A stretch of DNA of 64,000 bases from the NCBI GenBank assembly GCA_964036045.1, contig OZ038378.1, positions 167,462,001 through 167,526,000 on the forward strand, in the 5' to 3' direction. The notes below the pieces were generated by a model that was given only the letters and a program-made list of their open reading frames with translations, ran no database searches and had not been told where the DNA came from. The position numbers and the translations under genes were made by a program. The DNA is from Eutreptiella sp. 'Long Island Sound 2002'. Taxonomy: Eukaryota > Protista > Euglenida. This document shows, in pieces, positions 50,171-63,079 of this stretch; the first letter of the stretch is position 1, and every line of letters starts with the position of its first letter.

Positions 50171-51305
50171 CGCACATGTATGCACGGACACACAAACACA
50201 CACGCACAAGCATACCGCCCCCCCCAAATGCCTCTAGCCACACATACATTTTTCCATACATATATTACACATACATTACCGGACAGGCCACCAAGGAGCG
50301 ATTGGTAATACAACTTAGACGGCCCAACCCCACCCTAAAATACAACCCCAAAAACGTTAAAACAGAAATTTCGGAAATTGGTGTGAAAATGGGTAATGGC
50401 ACATTTACAAAAGAGAACAATGTTACAATTGCCAATGCTAGGTGCGGGAGCATATCGGAACTATCGTACAAGACCCTGAGGGTGCTACGCACAAATAGCA
50501 TCAAAGAGAGTACAAAGCCGTATCGAGTGCAAAGCAGTGGAATGAAGTAGTATACACATAGGGAATCTGTAAAACAGCGTTCTACTTAGACGGCCGAACC
50601 CCCACACAGATACAATGGACTTCTCCGGCCTGGAAACCTCTGCCGGAGAATGAATTGACATGAGGGTTTGCACACGGTGTCCGGGGGGGAAAAAGATAGA
50701 GCGTATATACCAATGTAGGGAATAAAAATTGCACAGTTACATGATAAAAGCAATATGAGAAATTTATCCCAAGAATGGGTAAAATGCAGAGCAAATGCAA
50801 AAAAGATGGAAACACGTTTGTTTTATTCGAACACGGTTTTATCTGAAAAGGGAAGCAAAAATACTACATGTGCTAGTGGTTGCAGACAGAGCTGAAGAAG
50901 TACGTGTGCTGGACTAAGGTGTGCCTAACACTCTAGAACGAAGTTGCCTTCCGCAAGTTTGGAAGAGGCGTATCTGGTTTCCTTCCGCAAGGTCTCTCGA
51001 AATTTTTTGGGGGGAATATGACCGAAAAATGCGGGACTAGTGCCAACATAGCTACACCCCGGCACAGAGCGAGAAACAGTCCCTCTTCTCCCGCGCGGCC
51101 TCTGTGAGCGTCCAGCGACACTTGGAGAACCAAGCGGTGCGGTTGGAGACGCTCTCAGGCCGGTGGTTGACGCATGCCTAGTCTCAGAAGGAATGCCACT
51201 TGGCCACGGAGTCCGACATCGTCCGCTGCTGTACATACTCTTTGGGCCTCAGTGCCCGCGCACACCGGAGGCCGGATGGCCTGAACTCAATTTGGTGTCA
51301 GCTAC

Positions 51306-51327
51306 AAAATAAAAACGAAAAAAGAAA
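51306..51327 (+). other. Decayed poly(A) tail of the retroposed mRNA
   Basis: AAAATAAAAACGAAAAAAGAAA (18 of 22 A) immediately before the right TSD copy. Confidence 0.75.
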
Positions 51328-51352
51328 GGAAAGTTCGTGTTGCCACCGAGCC
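51328..51352 (+). repeat. Right copy of the 25-bp target-site duplication
   Basis: Identical to 41563-41587. Confidence 0.9.
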
Positions 51353-51973
51353 AATTTTCCACCCGAACCCATAGAAAAACTTCTTTTGCCTATGGGGGTT
51401 ATGCCATGCAATGACATATAGCTCAACAGGAATCTTGGTTTAGGCAAAGGCAAGGACCCAACCAATCTCTCCGTTTCTCCACCCCAGGGATAGTGCCCCT
51501 TGGCCAAGACCTTTGGGACACTTCTTCCCCAAGGTGGGGGACCCGGAGATGACGAGATGACTGATATCCCCAAGGCACGCTCGGAGTGTGTTTCTTGACA
51601 CTCTCTGGTTACTGGATAACTCTGCTCTTGAATACTCCTTTTTCTTTTACCACAGGTGGGCTCTTTGTGAGCCGTGGCAGGACAAACCACTTAGTGTACA
51701 GTAGCCCCGGGGGGGGGGGGGTCCTTGTATGCAAACCCCCCCCCCTTGGGTTTTGAAAGATAGTGGTGCTGGGTCGGCCACCAACAAGTGTCTCTAGAGA
51801 AAACTGTCCGGCGCCAAAGGCGCCACATTTTTTTCCCTACTATGTGTTTATACTCAAAATACTCAAATTTTTGTAGAGAATTCATATTTGTGTTAAAACA
51901 ACAAGAAAAAATTTTGACCTGAAGGAGGGCTACAGGAGGGCTGCAGGGCTGCAAGCCCTAACAGCAACCCTAA

Positions 51974-52282
51974 TCAAGACTGAATATTGGGACCGAGCTG
52001 GTGGGGGAGGGAACATTAGATATGAATGGTGAGGGACACCAATGAGTTACACCTTGAAGGCCGTTGACAGGGTGGAATCAGCTTGCAAGTGATCCCCTTC
52101 ACCACAAGGCCCACTTTCAAGGCTTTTGTGGACTTGTGAGGGGCCAAAATGCCCCAAAATGGGCTCAAAATAGGCTCATTTCACCCGTTTGTGCACCCCA
52201 AATGGTCTAGGATGAGTTTTGGAAAAATGCGTTTTTGACCCATTTTTGACCCATTTTTGGTCCCAAAACAGCGCATCTTCAA
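51974..52282. mobile_element. Truncated copy (unit A) of the 1.15-kb element
   Basis: CCCTAA|TCAAGACTG start; near-identical to the start of unit B; breaks off into the 12-bp array. Confidence 0.8.
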
Positions 52283-52675
52283 GGTTCCCTAATTGGTTCC
52301 CTAATAGGTTCCCTAATAGGTTCCCCAATAGGTTCCCCAATGGGTTCCCTAATAGGTTCCCTAATAGGTTCCCTAATAGGTTCCCTAATAGGTTCCCTAA
52401 TTGGTTCCCCAATAGGTTCCCCAATAGGTTCCCTAATAGGTTCCCTAATAGGTTCCCTAATAGGTTCCCTAATAGGTTCCCCAATAGGTTCCCTAATAGG
52501 TTCCCTAATAGGTTCCCTAATAGGTTCCCCAATTGGTTCCCTAATTGGTTCCCTAATTGGTTCCCAAATTGGTTCCCCAACAGGTTCCCCAATGGGTTCC
52601 CTAATAGGTTCCATAATAGGTTCCCCAATAGGTTCCCTAATAGGTTCCCTAATTGGTTCCCTAATAGGTTCCCTA
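52283..52675. repeat. 12-bp minisatellite (GGTTCCCTAATA)n, about 33 copies
   Basis: 393 bp of contiguous units with variants CCCCAATA and CCCTAATT; each unit contains CCCTAA or a one-base variant. Confidence 0.95.
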
Positions 52676-55600
52676 TCAAGACTGAATATTGGGACCGAGC
52701 TGGTGGGGGAGGGAACATTAGATATGAATGGTGAGGGACACCAATGAGTTACACATTGAAGGCCGTTGACAGGGTGGAATCAGCTTGCAAGTGACCCCCT
52801 TCACCACAAGGCCCACTTTCAAGGCTTTTGTGGACTTGTGAGGGGCCAAAATGCCCCAAAATGGGCTCAAAATAGGCTCATTTCACCCGTTTGTGCACCC
52901 CAAATGGTCTAGGATGAGTTTTGGAAAAATGCGTTTTTGACCCATTTTTGACCCATTTTTGGTCCCAAAACAGCCCATTTTCAAGGCATTTTGGGATTTT
53001 CGGAGGACCAAAATGGGCCACCCCAAGCTCAAAACGGTCCAAAAACACTTGTTTTAGCATCACACATGGTCTAGGATCATTTTTGAGAAAAGTCATTTAT
53101 CTGCCCCTATTGGACCCTATTGACCCATTTGGGCACCCACCTGTTTGGGCTTGAGCTTGCAGCTTGCCGCGGCCTACTGGGCTTGGGTACGGGGGTCTAG
53201 GCGTCCATTTGGGCAATTTTGAGGGGTGGAAACCACAAAACGAGGGGGGTTGCGGGTGGATTAGGTGCCCTCGGAATCGCGTTTTGAGCCATGTAGCCAA
53301 AGATATGGCCTATTCTTGGTTTGTGGCTGTCGCCAGCCAACCTGCACAAAATTTGGGGCTTGTGGGGGCCTTTTTGGGCCGTTTCCGGGACATATGGTGG
53401 AGTCAGAGGGCCGCAAATGGCTCGTTGACACAAGAAAGTCAAGCCGCACATGGAGTGCACCCACCCTTTCCCTTTCCTTGGCCGTTTTGAATGGGTTCTA
53501 GGGCTCTTTTGGCCCAAAAATGGCTGTTTTTGGCCCTAAATTGCAGTTTTTGAAACTGAGGTCCGCCACTTGCGACACCCATTCCCGGCCGCCACCGTTG
53601 AGTTTCTGGCTCAAACTTTGTGTGGTTGTCCCTCACACCCATAGGTATCATCCACCAAAATTTCAGCCGAATTTGAAGCACCACGACAGAATTCTGATTT
53701 TTACCCATTTCGCGCGTGCTGCTTGTTGCTGCTTGCTGCTTGTTGCTGCTGCTGCTAAACCTGGTAGGTCCACCCTAGACCCTAAAAAGGGTTATAAAAC
53801 CAAGACTGGTTCCACCAGCTCGGTGACCCTAGCCCTAACCCTAACCCTAGCCCTAGCCCTAACCCTAATCAAGACTGAATATTGGGACCGAGCTGGTGGG
53901 GGAGGGAACATCAGCTATGACTAGTGAGGGACATCAAGAATGATTCACGCATTGATGGCTCTTGACAAAGTGAAATCAGCCCGCACGTGAACCCCATCAC
54001 CACAAGGCCCACTTTGAAGGCTTTTTGGACTTCTAAGGGGCCAAAATGCCCCAACATGGGCTCAAAATGGGCTCATTTCACCCGTTTGTGCACCCCAAAT
54101 GGTCTAGGATGAGGTTTGGAAAAATGCGTTTTTGAGCCATTTTTGACCCATTTTTGGTCACAACACAGCCCACTGTCAAGGCATTTTGGGATTTTCGGAG
54201 GACCAAAATGGGCCGCCACAAGCTCAAAACGGTCCAAAAACACTTGTTTTAGCGTTGCACATGGTCTAGGACGATTTTTTAGAAAAGTCATCTTTTTGCC
54301 CCTATTGGACCCTGTTGACCCATTTGGGCACCCACCTGTTTGGGCTTGAGCTTGCAGCTTGCCGCAGCCTAGTGGGCATAGGTATTGGGGTCTAGGCGTC
54401 CGTTTGGGTAATTCTGAGGGGTGGAAACCACAAAAAGTGGGGGGTTGTTGGTGGAGTAGGTGCCCTCGGAATCGCATTTTGAGCCATGTAGCCAAAGATA
54501 TGGCCTATTCTTGGTTTGTGGCTGTCGGCATTTGGAGCTTCTGGGGACCTTTTTGGGCCGTTTCCGGGACATATCATGGAGTTAGAGGGCCGCAAAGAGC
54601 TCGTTGACACGGGGAAGTCAAGCCGCACTCGGAGTGTACCCACCGTTTCCCTTCGTTTGGCCGTTTTGAATGTGTTCCAGGGCTTTTTTAGTCCAAAATT
54701 GGCTATTTTTGGCCATAAACTGCAGTTTTTGAAACTGAGGTCCGCGACTTGGGAATCCCGTTCCCGGCCGCCACCGTTGAGTTTCTTGCTCAAACTTTGT
54801 GTGATGGTACTTCACACCCATAGGTATCATCCACCAAAATTTCAGCCGAATTTGAAGCACCACGACAGAATTCTGATTTTTACCCATTTCGCGCGTGCTG
54901 CTTGCTTGCTTGCTGCTGCTGCTTGCTTGCTGCTGCTGCTGCTGCTGCTGCTGCTAAACCTAGTAGGTCCACCCTAGACACTAAAAAGGGTTATAAAACC
55001 AAGACTGGTTCCACCAGCTCGGTGACCCTAACCTTAACCCTAGGGCTAAGCCTACCCCTAATCAAGACTGAATATTGGGACCGAGCTGGTGGGGGAGGGA
55101 ACATCAGCTATGACTGGTGAGGGACATCAAGAATGATTCACACATTGATGGCTCTTGACAAAGTGAAATCAGCTTGCAAGTGAACCCCATCACCACAAGG
55201 CCCACTTTCAAGGCTTTTTGGACTTTTGAGGGGCCAAAATGCCCCAACATGGGCTCAAAATGGGCTCATTTCACCTGTTTATGCACCCCAAATGGTCGAG
55301 GATGAGGTTTGGAAAAATGTGTTTTTGACCCATTTTTGACCCATTTTTGGTCCCAAAACAGCCCATTTTCAAGGCATTTTGGGATTTTCGGAGGACCAAA
55401 ATGGGCCGCCACAAGCTCAAAACGGTCCAAAAACACTTGTTTTAGCGTCGCACATGGCCTAGGATCATTTTTGAGAAAAGTCATCTTTTTGCCCCTACTG
55501 GACCCCGTTGACCCATTTGGGCACCCACCTGTTTCGGTTTGAGCTTGCAGCTTGCCGCAGCCTAGTGGGCATAGGTATTGGGGTCTAGGCGTCCGTTTGG

Positions 55601-56326
55601 GCAATTCTGAGGGGTGGAAACCACAAAAAGTGGGGGGTTGCGGGTGGTGTAGGTGCCCTCGGAATCGCATTTTGAGCCATGTAGCCAAAGATATGGCCTA
55701 TTCTTGGTTTGTGGCTGTCGGCATTTGGAGCTTCTGGGGACCTTTTTGGGCCATTTCCGGGACATATCATGGAGTTAGAGGGCCGCAAAGAGCTCGTTGA
55801 CACGGGGAAGTCAAGCCGCACTCGGAGTGTACCCAACGTTTCCCTTCGTTTGGCCGTTTTGAATGTGTTCTAGGGCTTTTTTTGCCCAAAAATGGCTGTT
55901 TTTGGCCATAAACTGCAATTTTTGAAACGTTCCCGGCCGCCACCGTTGAGTTTCTTGCTCAAACTTTGTGTGATTGTACTTCACACCCATAGGTATCATG
56001 CACCAAAATTTCACTCGAATTCAAAGCCTCTTTTTGCCAAAAAATGGCTATTTTTGGCCCGAAACTGCAGTTTTTGAAACGTTCCCGGCTGCCACCGTTG
56101 AGTTTCTTGCTCAAACTTTGTGTGATTGTACTTCACACCCATAGGTATCATGCACCAAAATTTCACTCGAATTCAAAGCACCACGACGGAGGTCTGATTT
56201 TTGCCCATTTCGCGTGTGCTGCTTGCTTGCTTGCTGCTTGCTTGCTGCTTGCTGCTAAACCTGGTAGGTCCACCCTAGACACTAAGAAGGGTTATAAAAC
56301 CAAGACTGGTTCCACCAGCTCGGTGA
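52676..56326. mobile_element. Head-to-tail array of three full 1.15-kb elements (B 52676-53826, C 53869-55025, D 55062-56326) separated by telomere-like spacers
   Basis: Period 1193 bp twice; spacers 53827-53868 (CCCTAA/CCCTAG x7) and 55026-55061; D has an internal duplication near 55870-56170; each unit has a (CTG/CTTG)n tract and 13-bp inverted termini. Confidence 0.85.
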
Positions 56327-59300
56327 CCTTAACCTAACCCTAACACCCCCCCCCCCTTCACCCTTGGCTGGACGCCCCCCCCCCCCCCCGACCCCCGGCC
56401 AGACCCCCCCCCGACCCCCGGCTGGACCCCCCCCCCCAAGTTTTGAAAGATAGTTGGGGGGTGGGTCGCATCGGGACCGGTTGTATTCGCCCCCCCCGGG
56501 ACAGTAGCAATAGGATTGCCACCCCACCAACATCCCTTCTGGGGGACATGCCTCGCCCGCATGAAGCTGATGGCTACCCAATTCTTGTTGTACATATGTT
56601 CGGGCCCAGATGCTCATGAACGCCGAATGCCTCGATGGCCTGAACTATTTCAGTGTCCAAACATACAACAACGTTGGGACCTAGAGATGGCAGGAGTTAT
56701 GTATCCACCTCGAGACCTCGTCTCTTTGGAGACCTTGAGATGGTATGGGCAATGTAGACTTTTTACTTCCTCCCTCCTATCCTGGTTTCGTGCTCTAGTG
56801 TCAACAATGGTGCCCCTTGGAGCAAGCCCCTTAGGGGATGACTTTGCACGGCTTGCACTCTGTGCACATTTTTGGCTAGCAATGAGCTTCCTGCCAACAA
56901 TACTTAGGCAACATTGCACAGAGAGAAAAATGGGGCAGAATGGGGATAACTCAGGGAAATGTCCAAGATGGGGGCAAATGGTAAAAGTGGTATTTATGGA
57001 TCTTGGCAGTAGGTGCAGTCAATGCAAGGCTTAATGAACAAGGGAAGAGACCTTGGTGACGCGCCAACCTCTGCAATAGTGAAGCTCAACATTGCTAAGA
57101 TTTCCCCAGCCATCTATGCCATGCTACCAACTGCCCCTCCCAGTTTTTCACCCTTTCCAGCAATTTTTCCTATGGTCATAGGCCTCAACTCTTCCCTAGT
57201 ACATACATGCACACCCCATCACCAAGTGCCTTTATCAGAAAAGGTCGTTTCCCAACAAGTTTTCCAAGGAACCTTGAACAATTTGCTGGTTCTCGGTCAT
57301 TTCTCCCCACATTTCATAATGTTGCCCCATTTCCTACAAGGGCCAATACAGGCATTGGAAATCAACAAATCGCAAATAGGGGTATGGTTTACATATTCTT
57401 ATGTGTGTACAGAACTACAGTTTCACAATTTTCATTGTGGGATGAGTTGCCAAATTGCACCTCAGGCAATGCAGGATCGGCTTTCCGTATCAGGTCTGCA
57501 GCATGGTATTTGGAGGGCATTTTTTCTTTAATTTAGGAGGATATCCAAAGAGGATTTCTAGTGTCCTGCTTGGCAGCGATGCATGCTTGTACCCTCCTAG
57601 ACCTTTTTGGCTTACATACCTAGTACTCCAACACCTTCTCACACTGTGTGGATGATGTTTTATGGAGGATGTGGATAATGCTTTATAGACGCTACCAGCG
57701 GGGAGCAGACCACACTAGACACACTCATAGGGGAGGCGGGCAGTGGTCAGAAAGGGGCTTTCATGACAGAGAGGTCCCCAATCCCTATTTTTGTAGCCGG
57801 AACCCCTCGTTTGTTGCCTTGCTTTCTCAGCCAAATCAAGGTTTTCACATATGTGAAGCCATGTTGATTCCTGGCCACTCTGGGCACCCCGATGTGGTGG
57901 GAGTTCAGCCATTCCAAGTCCTCCCCGCTTTGGGATCCCAATACTGTAGGGTTTATGAAGCCATCTTGGCCGCTTTGGGGACCCCGATATGGTGGGGGTT
58001 ATGCAGCCACTTTCAGTCCTCACTTCCGGTCCAGCTTTGCCCAAAGATGCAAAGATTCCACGTGAAACTTTTATCCAGCATGGCTTGTCAGGGGCATGCA
58101 ATATTTACTGTTGACCCATTTGAGGTCTTTCAAGTCCACACCAATGGATGATACCTTCCTTGGGCTGCACACTGGCCTGTCAGCCACCGGCCTGCTTGTC
58201 CTCCTTCCCTGCTTCAGGAGAGAAGATGCAGGGTCTCCCCTGCACGAGGCCTCCCCCATCACAGGGCACTCCCGGTGATGTGCTCAAGCAGCAAAGGGCA
58301 CGGGTGTGCACAAGAATTCACAGGGGTAGATCTCCAGAGGGAGCCACGGAGCACGAAGGAGTATACAGGGGTACACAGGACTGCGTTGGGGTACCTACGA
58401 CCAACCACAGCATTTTGGCAGAAAGGCTCACCAAATGGAGCCCGCTTTGCAGCACGCTCCGGCACATACCTGCCTCCACCTCCGTCCACCCCACCTTTCC
58501 TATGGCATGGCGGTGCGCTAAAAGGTCCCTAGCCTCCGGCCATGCGCCCCCCAGGGTCTGCGCCAATGCACATCTTCTTAGCTTTCTGATGGGTTTTCTT
58601 GATCGGAGGAAAAGAAAAGAGAAAGCTGCAGCCGAAAAGGGCGAAAAGCTGCCAAAGACCAAGAACGCGCCATGTATGTGGAATATATTGTGTGTTGTGC
58701 CATGAGTTCAAGGTTGTGCAGGCTGGCATGCCAAACCCCATCCGACAGTTGGTGCGTTAATTCCATCGGCATGTGTTATGTGATGGGTGCTGTCAAACCA
58801 CAAAATTGTCCTGTGGAGCACTTGAATGTGATCAGGGTCCCCCTCCCCTTTGCACAAGCACCGCCTTGTCTAAGCACCGGGACCCGGTGTGACTGTAGTT
58901 TTTCTGACCACAGTTTTTATGGTCAGAAACTTAGCGGAACGTGATTGTGTGCCAATTGTAGAAGGAAATAGGGGCTGTGTCATGTTTGGGATGAGTCCTC
59001 CTGCTCATAACAACATTGGGACTAACGAGTAGCCAACTCGTTGGTCCTTCCATTGCGTAGTGTACATACCAGATGACACACACAGGGTGGCCCAGCGGGC
59101 TTTTCCCGCTCCCAATGCTGCGCCGATCCCTTGTGCATGCTGCGTGCAGGACCTTAATCGTGTGCGCTGCTTCCGCAACTTTTGGAGGTCCTTCTCTCGC
59201 GCCGTGTACACTAAGGGTGAGGCTTGGGGGGCGGCACGGTGGCTCTGCCACGTCCTGCTTCTGCGCTGACCCCTGTACGCACAGCGTGCAGGACCTTAAT

Positions 59301-59783
59301 CAGTTACTTTGCTTCCACAACTTTTGGAATCGTGGGATTTGGCGGTTGCATTTTCTGGCTCTTCTTAAAGATCAAGTGCTTTTTGTGATTTGGGGCTAGG
59401 GATGGTATTATGGTGCTGACTATTGTCCTGCCACTTGTTGCCACATGTCCAGTTGTGCATGCGTGCAGGCCATCATCCATGGATTTGGCAGTGAGGTAGT
59501 GCCACCACTTGTGTCTTCTCATGGTGCATGTAGACAATACCCAGGAGGCGTCGTTTCTATCATTGTCAGTGCTTTTCCAATTGTTCTTGCGAGGTAGGGG
59601 ATGGGGTTCCAAGGGGCACCACCCACCTCCCCCTTGCCCCAGCCTGGGGGCTGACCTGCCTTGACCTGCCACCAGCATCAGCATCCCCCCTCATGGCTTG
59701 CAAAGCGGTGCGCCGGCTTCCCACCACTGCCACCCCCAACCCCAACGATTGTGCTCATTTGTCTTGCAGTCCAGCACCAGTTC

Positions 59784-59825
59784 TGTCTCATTTGCCGATT
59801 CTGGGGACACCGTGCGAAAACTTGC
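59784..59825 (+). pseudogene. Isolated CCHC zinc-knuckle remnant (CLICRFWGHRAKTC)
   Basis: C-x2-C-x4-H-x4-C spacing in a short ORF. Confidence 0.4.
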
Positions 59826-61042
59826 CCAAGGAAGGAAGGTGTGCCATTGATTAGTACCTGGGGTGTCGCGGTGTAAGCAAGGACAGTCTCAGACAAGGCT
59901 GTGCTAGTGCCAGTGGGGGCAGGAGGGATTAGGTGTGCGCAGGCAGGTACGCCTGTGAATCCCGTTGGAAATTGACACCTCTGTACCCCTCCCCTCATGT
60001 GCATGTGTACCCCTGTGTGCCCTGTTGCAACCCGTTGTATGCCTGTGTACACCTGTGTATCCTGTTGCACCCCTGTGCACCCCTCTGTATGCCTTTGTAG
60101 CCTTTTGTGCCCTGGCGCACCCCTGTGCACCCCTGGTCACGAATGGATGGCATGTCTGTGCCAGAGGCAACACGGCTTGGTCATGCCTGTGAAGTGAGCA
60201 TGGTTGCTGCTCATAACAGCATTCTACTTGAGACTGCAACCCCTTTTTATTTCTTTTGATGTGATTTTCAGCAAATGTTGTTACAATGGGCCCAGATCTT
60301 CCCAGGGGCCGCTTGCATGTGCATCTACGCACGGGATCCTTGTCTAACCAGTGTTTTCCCTGGCTTCGGCCATGCTTGTGAAAGGTTGAACACTTTTCTT
60401 GTGGCACCTGTGGCACACAGTTTGGGTAATTATGCTGAAATAGAAGTAGCACTGATGTGCGCAATACGTACCCATATTGCGTGTGCATTTGGCCATTTCC
60501 AAGAAGGAAATGGCCAAAAAGCACTCTTCTTGTTGATTATTGCAAGACATGATGGATTTCTAGGGCCGTGATCCTAACCTTTGCAGGTAGCTGGTTCGGC
60601 CATGCTCGCCATGTTGGTTAGGCTGAACAAGACCTTCAAATTTGGGCATGGCTGCCTTTTGCAAAATGGGTGGACACCAAACCTGCTCCACCCTCCTAAA
60701 AGTTCTGTGTGCACAAGCACATAGGGTGATGGTATGTTTAGAGGGAGGGCAAGGGGCAGTTAGGGGAGCCTGTGATTAACCAACATTTGGCCTTGGAGGC
60801 ATGGAACCAGCCCCCCCCCCCCATCGCCCCTCCTAGACACCCCCCCAAAAGGGGCCTCTGGCCAACAGTTAGTGGGGGGGGGGGGGGGGTAGTCTGTGTC
60901 CAAACCCAAGGGGTCCCCCCCCGGCCCCCCTTGCGGTTGTGGTGCATTGTTCGATGCCTCCTTAACTCCAAGTATCCAAGGAAAATCTTCAAAATCATGG
61001 TGTCCGTTGACAACCTTGGAAGTATTGGACCCCCAAAATGTC

Positions 61043-61183
61043 TGTTGTAATGTATGCGACAGTAACACCGGTACTGAAGTGGATGTTTGTGATAGAGATG
61101 ATCTTGAGTGTGCATGCCCGTTGTGGACGAAATGGTATGCAGATGAGTGCCCCCAAAGTAAGTTGTGGTTTTGCCATGCTTGT
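61043..61183 (+). pseudogene. PHD-finger-like Cys cluster remnant
   Basis: CNVC..VCD..C..W..WFCHAC pattern in ORF 60896..61255; ligand set incomplete. Confidence 0.3.
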
Positions 61184-61774
61184 ACCAGCCTCACATGTAC
61201 AAGACCCATGCTTATGTGCCCAAAGCTTCGTGCGGGTAGCACTAATATTGCTTGATCCTTATGTTTGTCATTATCAGAACCTCGCCCAAGTGGGGACCAA
61301 TCCCAGCCGCACCGCTTCATAAAGAAAAATGCCTTCATTTCGCTTTGCTGTTGTGTTGATGTTTTGTAGAAAGGTTGTGTGAATATTGCGTTGTACCTGG
61401 TAACAACTCGGGCCAAGGGAGCTAGTTTTGGGTATATCAGTCGTCTTTCTCAAAAAGGTTTGCCCATTGTGCATACAAGTTGTACAGACTGCCTATGCTG
61501 GTATCTGTAGCCTTGCCTCGAGGTACAACTTAACTTCTTACCAGAAGGCCAGGAGGGGACAAAGTTTGGTGTTGCAGAACCTGTGCATGACCTGTCTAAA
61601 GCTGGGAGGCTGATCGAATTTGCAGCCTTGGGACACGGCAAGCTGGACGAATCATGACTCTGGCTCTTGTATGCAGCAGAGGTGATGCTATTGAGGCCCT
61701 GGGTGTTCCTTGCGGACCCCCACCCCCCAAGCTTTTTTGAATGTGCACTGAGAAATGCCACCCCAGCGGTCCGT

Positions 61775-61974
61775 NNNNNNNNNNNNNNNNNNNNNNNNNN
61801 NNNNNNNNNNNNNNNNNNNNNNNNNNNNNNNNNNNNNNNNNNNNNNNNNNNNNNNNNNNNNNNNNNNNNNNNNNNNNNNNNNNNNNNNNNNNNNNNNNNN
61901 NNNNNNNNNNNNNNNNNNNNNNNNNNNNNNNNNNNNNNNNNNNNNNNNNNNNNNNNNNNNNNNNNNNNNNNNNN
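61775..61974. other. Assembly gap (200 N)
   Basis: Read directly. Confidence 0.99.
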
Positions 61975-63079
61975 CCACCAAGAAGAGGACGCCATTAACT
62001 TGCTGCGTATCAATTTGATAGGCTAGTGGCTGAAAGTGCCTTGAGGGGGCATTCAGTCAATCAGAATTCACGGTGCCCCGGGAAATGAACCAGGGCAAAG
62101 CCTACAGCCGAGCAGGTGAATGGAACGAGTGTGTTGTCGCTTGGGGGTGTGCAAGTTGTCACCGACTGGGTACTCCTTGTCTGCCACCAGATGTTCAGTC
62201 TGTTACGGTCACTGACAAGGTGGGGCGGGCCAGAGGCCAAGGGAGATTGTACCCCTGAGTTAGACCAGATGTGGCTTGGCAGAACTATTGGGCACCACTG
62301 ACCAAGAACTGACCGTATGACGCGCCCCGAGACATGGCAAAGTACACAAGGAGTAGACCTGAGGTCGTCCGGGACGGCGAAGAAAGCAACAGGGAACCGT
62401 TGAGGGCCCCATAATAAACGATTACGCATTTTGCACATATGAGGCACATCCCGTCAGTTGCCAGAGGATCAAGGGGAGAAGCTTGTGAGCATCTCTCACA
62501 CGTTGGAGGGCCTAGGTTGTGGTGCCCATGGCGGCTCCAGGGGGGACCCAAGAGTGGAGCTGGGCTGGGGGTCTCTGTGAAGAAAGGCGGAATGGCACCG
62601 TGACCCCAACCTTCGATTAAGTCTCATCCTGAAACAACTCAAGGCGTTTTCATCCTTAGCCAAGGGCGATTTGTGGGGACATGGCGACGGGATCTCAACT
62701 ATTCGTGTGGGCGCCTGCATGTTGCTTGAACCGCACCGCATGGACATGTGCAACGTTTCCAACCGTATGCTTGTCTACGCACGGGACACCCCTCTGACCG
62801 TCGTTTCCCTGACATTTAGCGTGCTTGCGCAAAGGGGGGGTAGGATGTTTTGAGGGTGAGATGCCTGGGGGTGAGACGGATTCAGAGGACGGCTAAGCAC
62901 GGCGACCACATCTGACTGTAATATTTCCAATGCAGTCTTTGTGGTTGTCTGTGAGCCAGTTGTTGTGGGAAAGAGGGGCTGGTCATGCCTGAGGAAGTCG
63001 TGTCGTCAGGTCGGATATCATGGGCTCGTGAGCTCTGTGCTTGCCTGCGTCTTCAGATCAGGAGTTTTTGTACAAAAAT

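Noticed and set aside
52176-52747. ORFs with NLLG/FPNR/EPIR repeats
   Set aside because: These are translations of the 12-bp minisatellite, open in several frames on both strands; there is no evidence of coding.
52878-56337. Recurrent short ORFs (MEKCVFDPF.., MATWLK..) in the 1.15-kb units
   Set aside because: They recur only because the DNA is repeated; lengths and frames vary between copies and no domain is recognisable.
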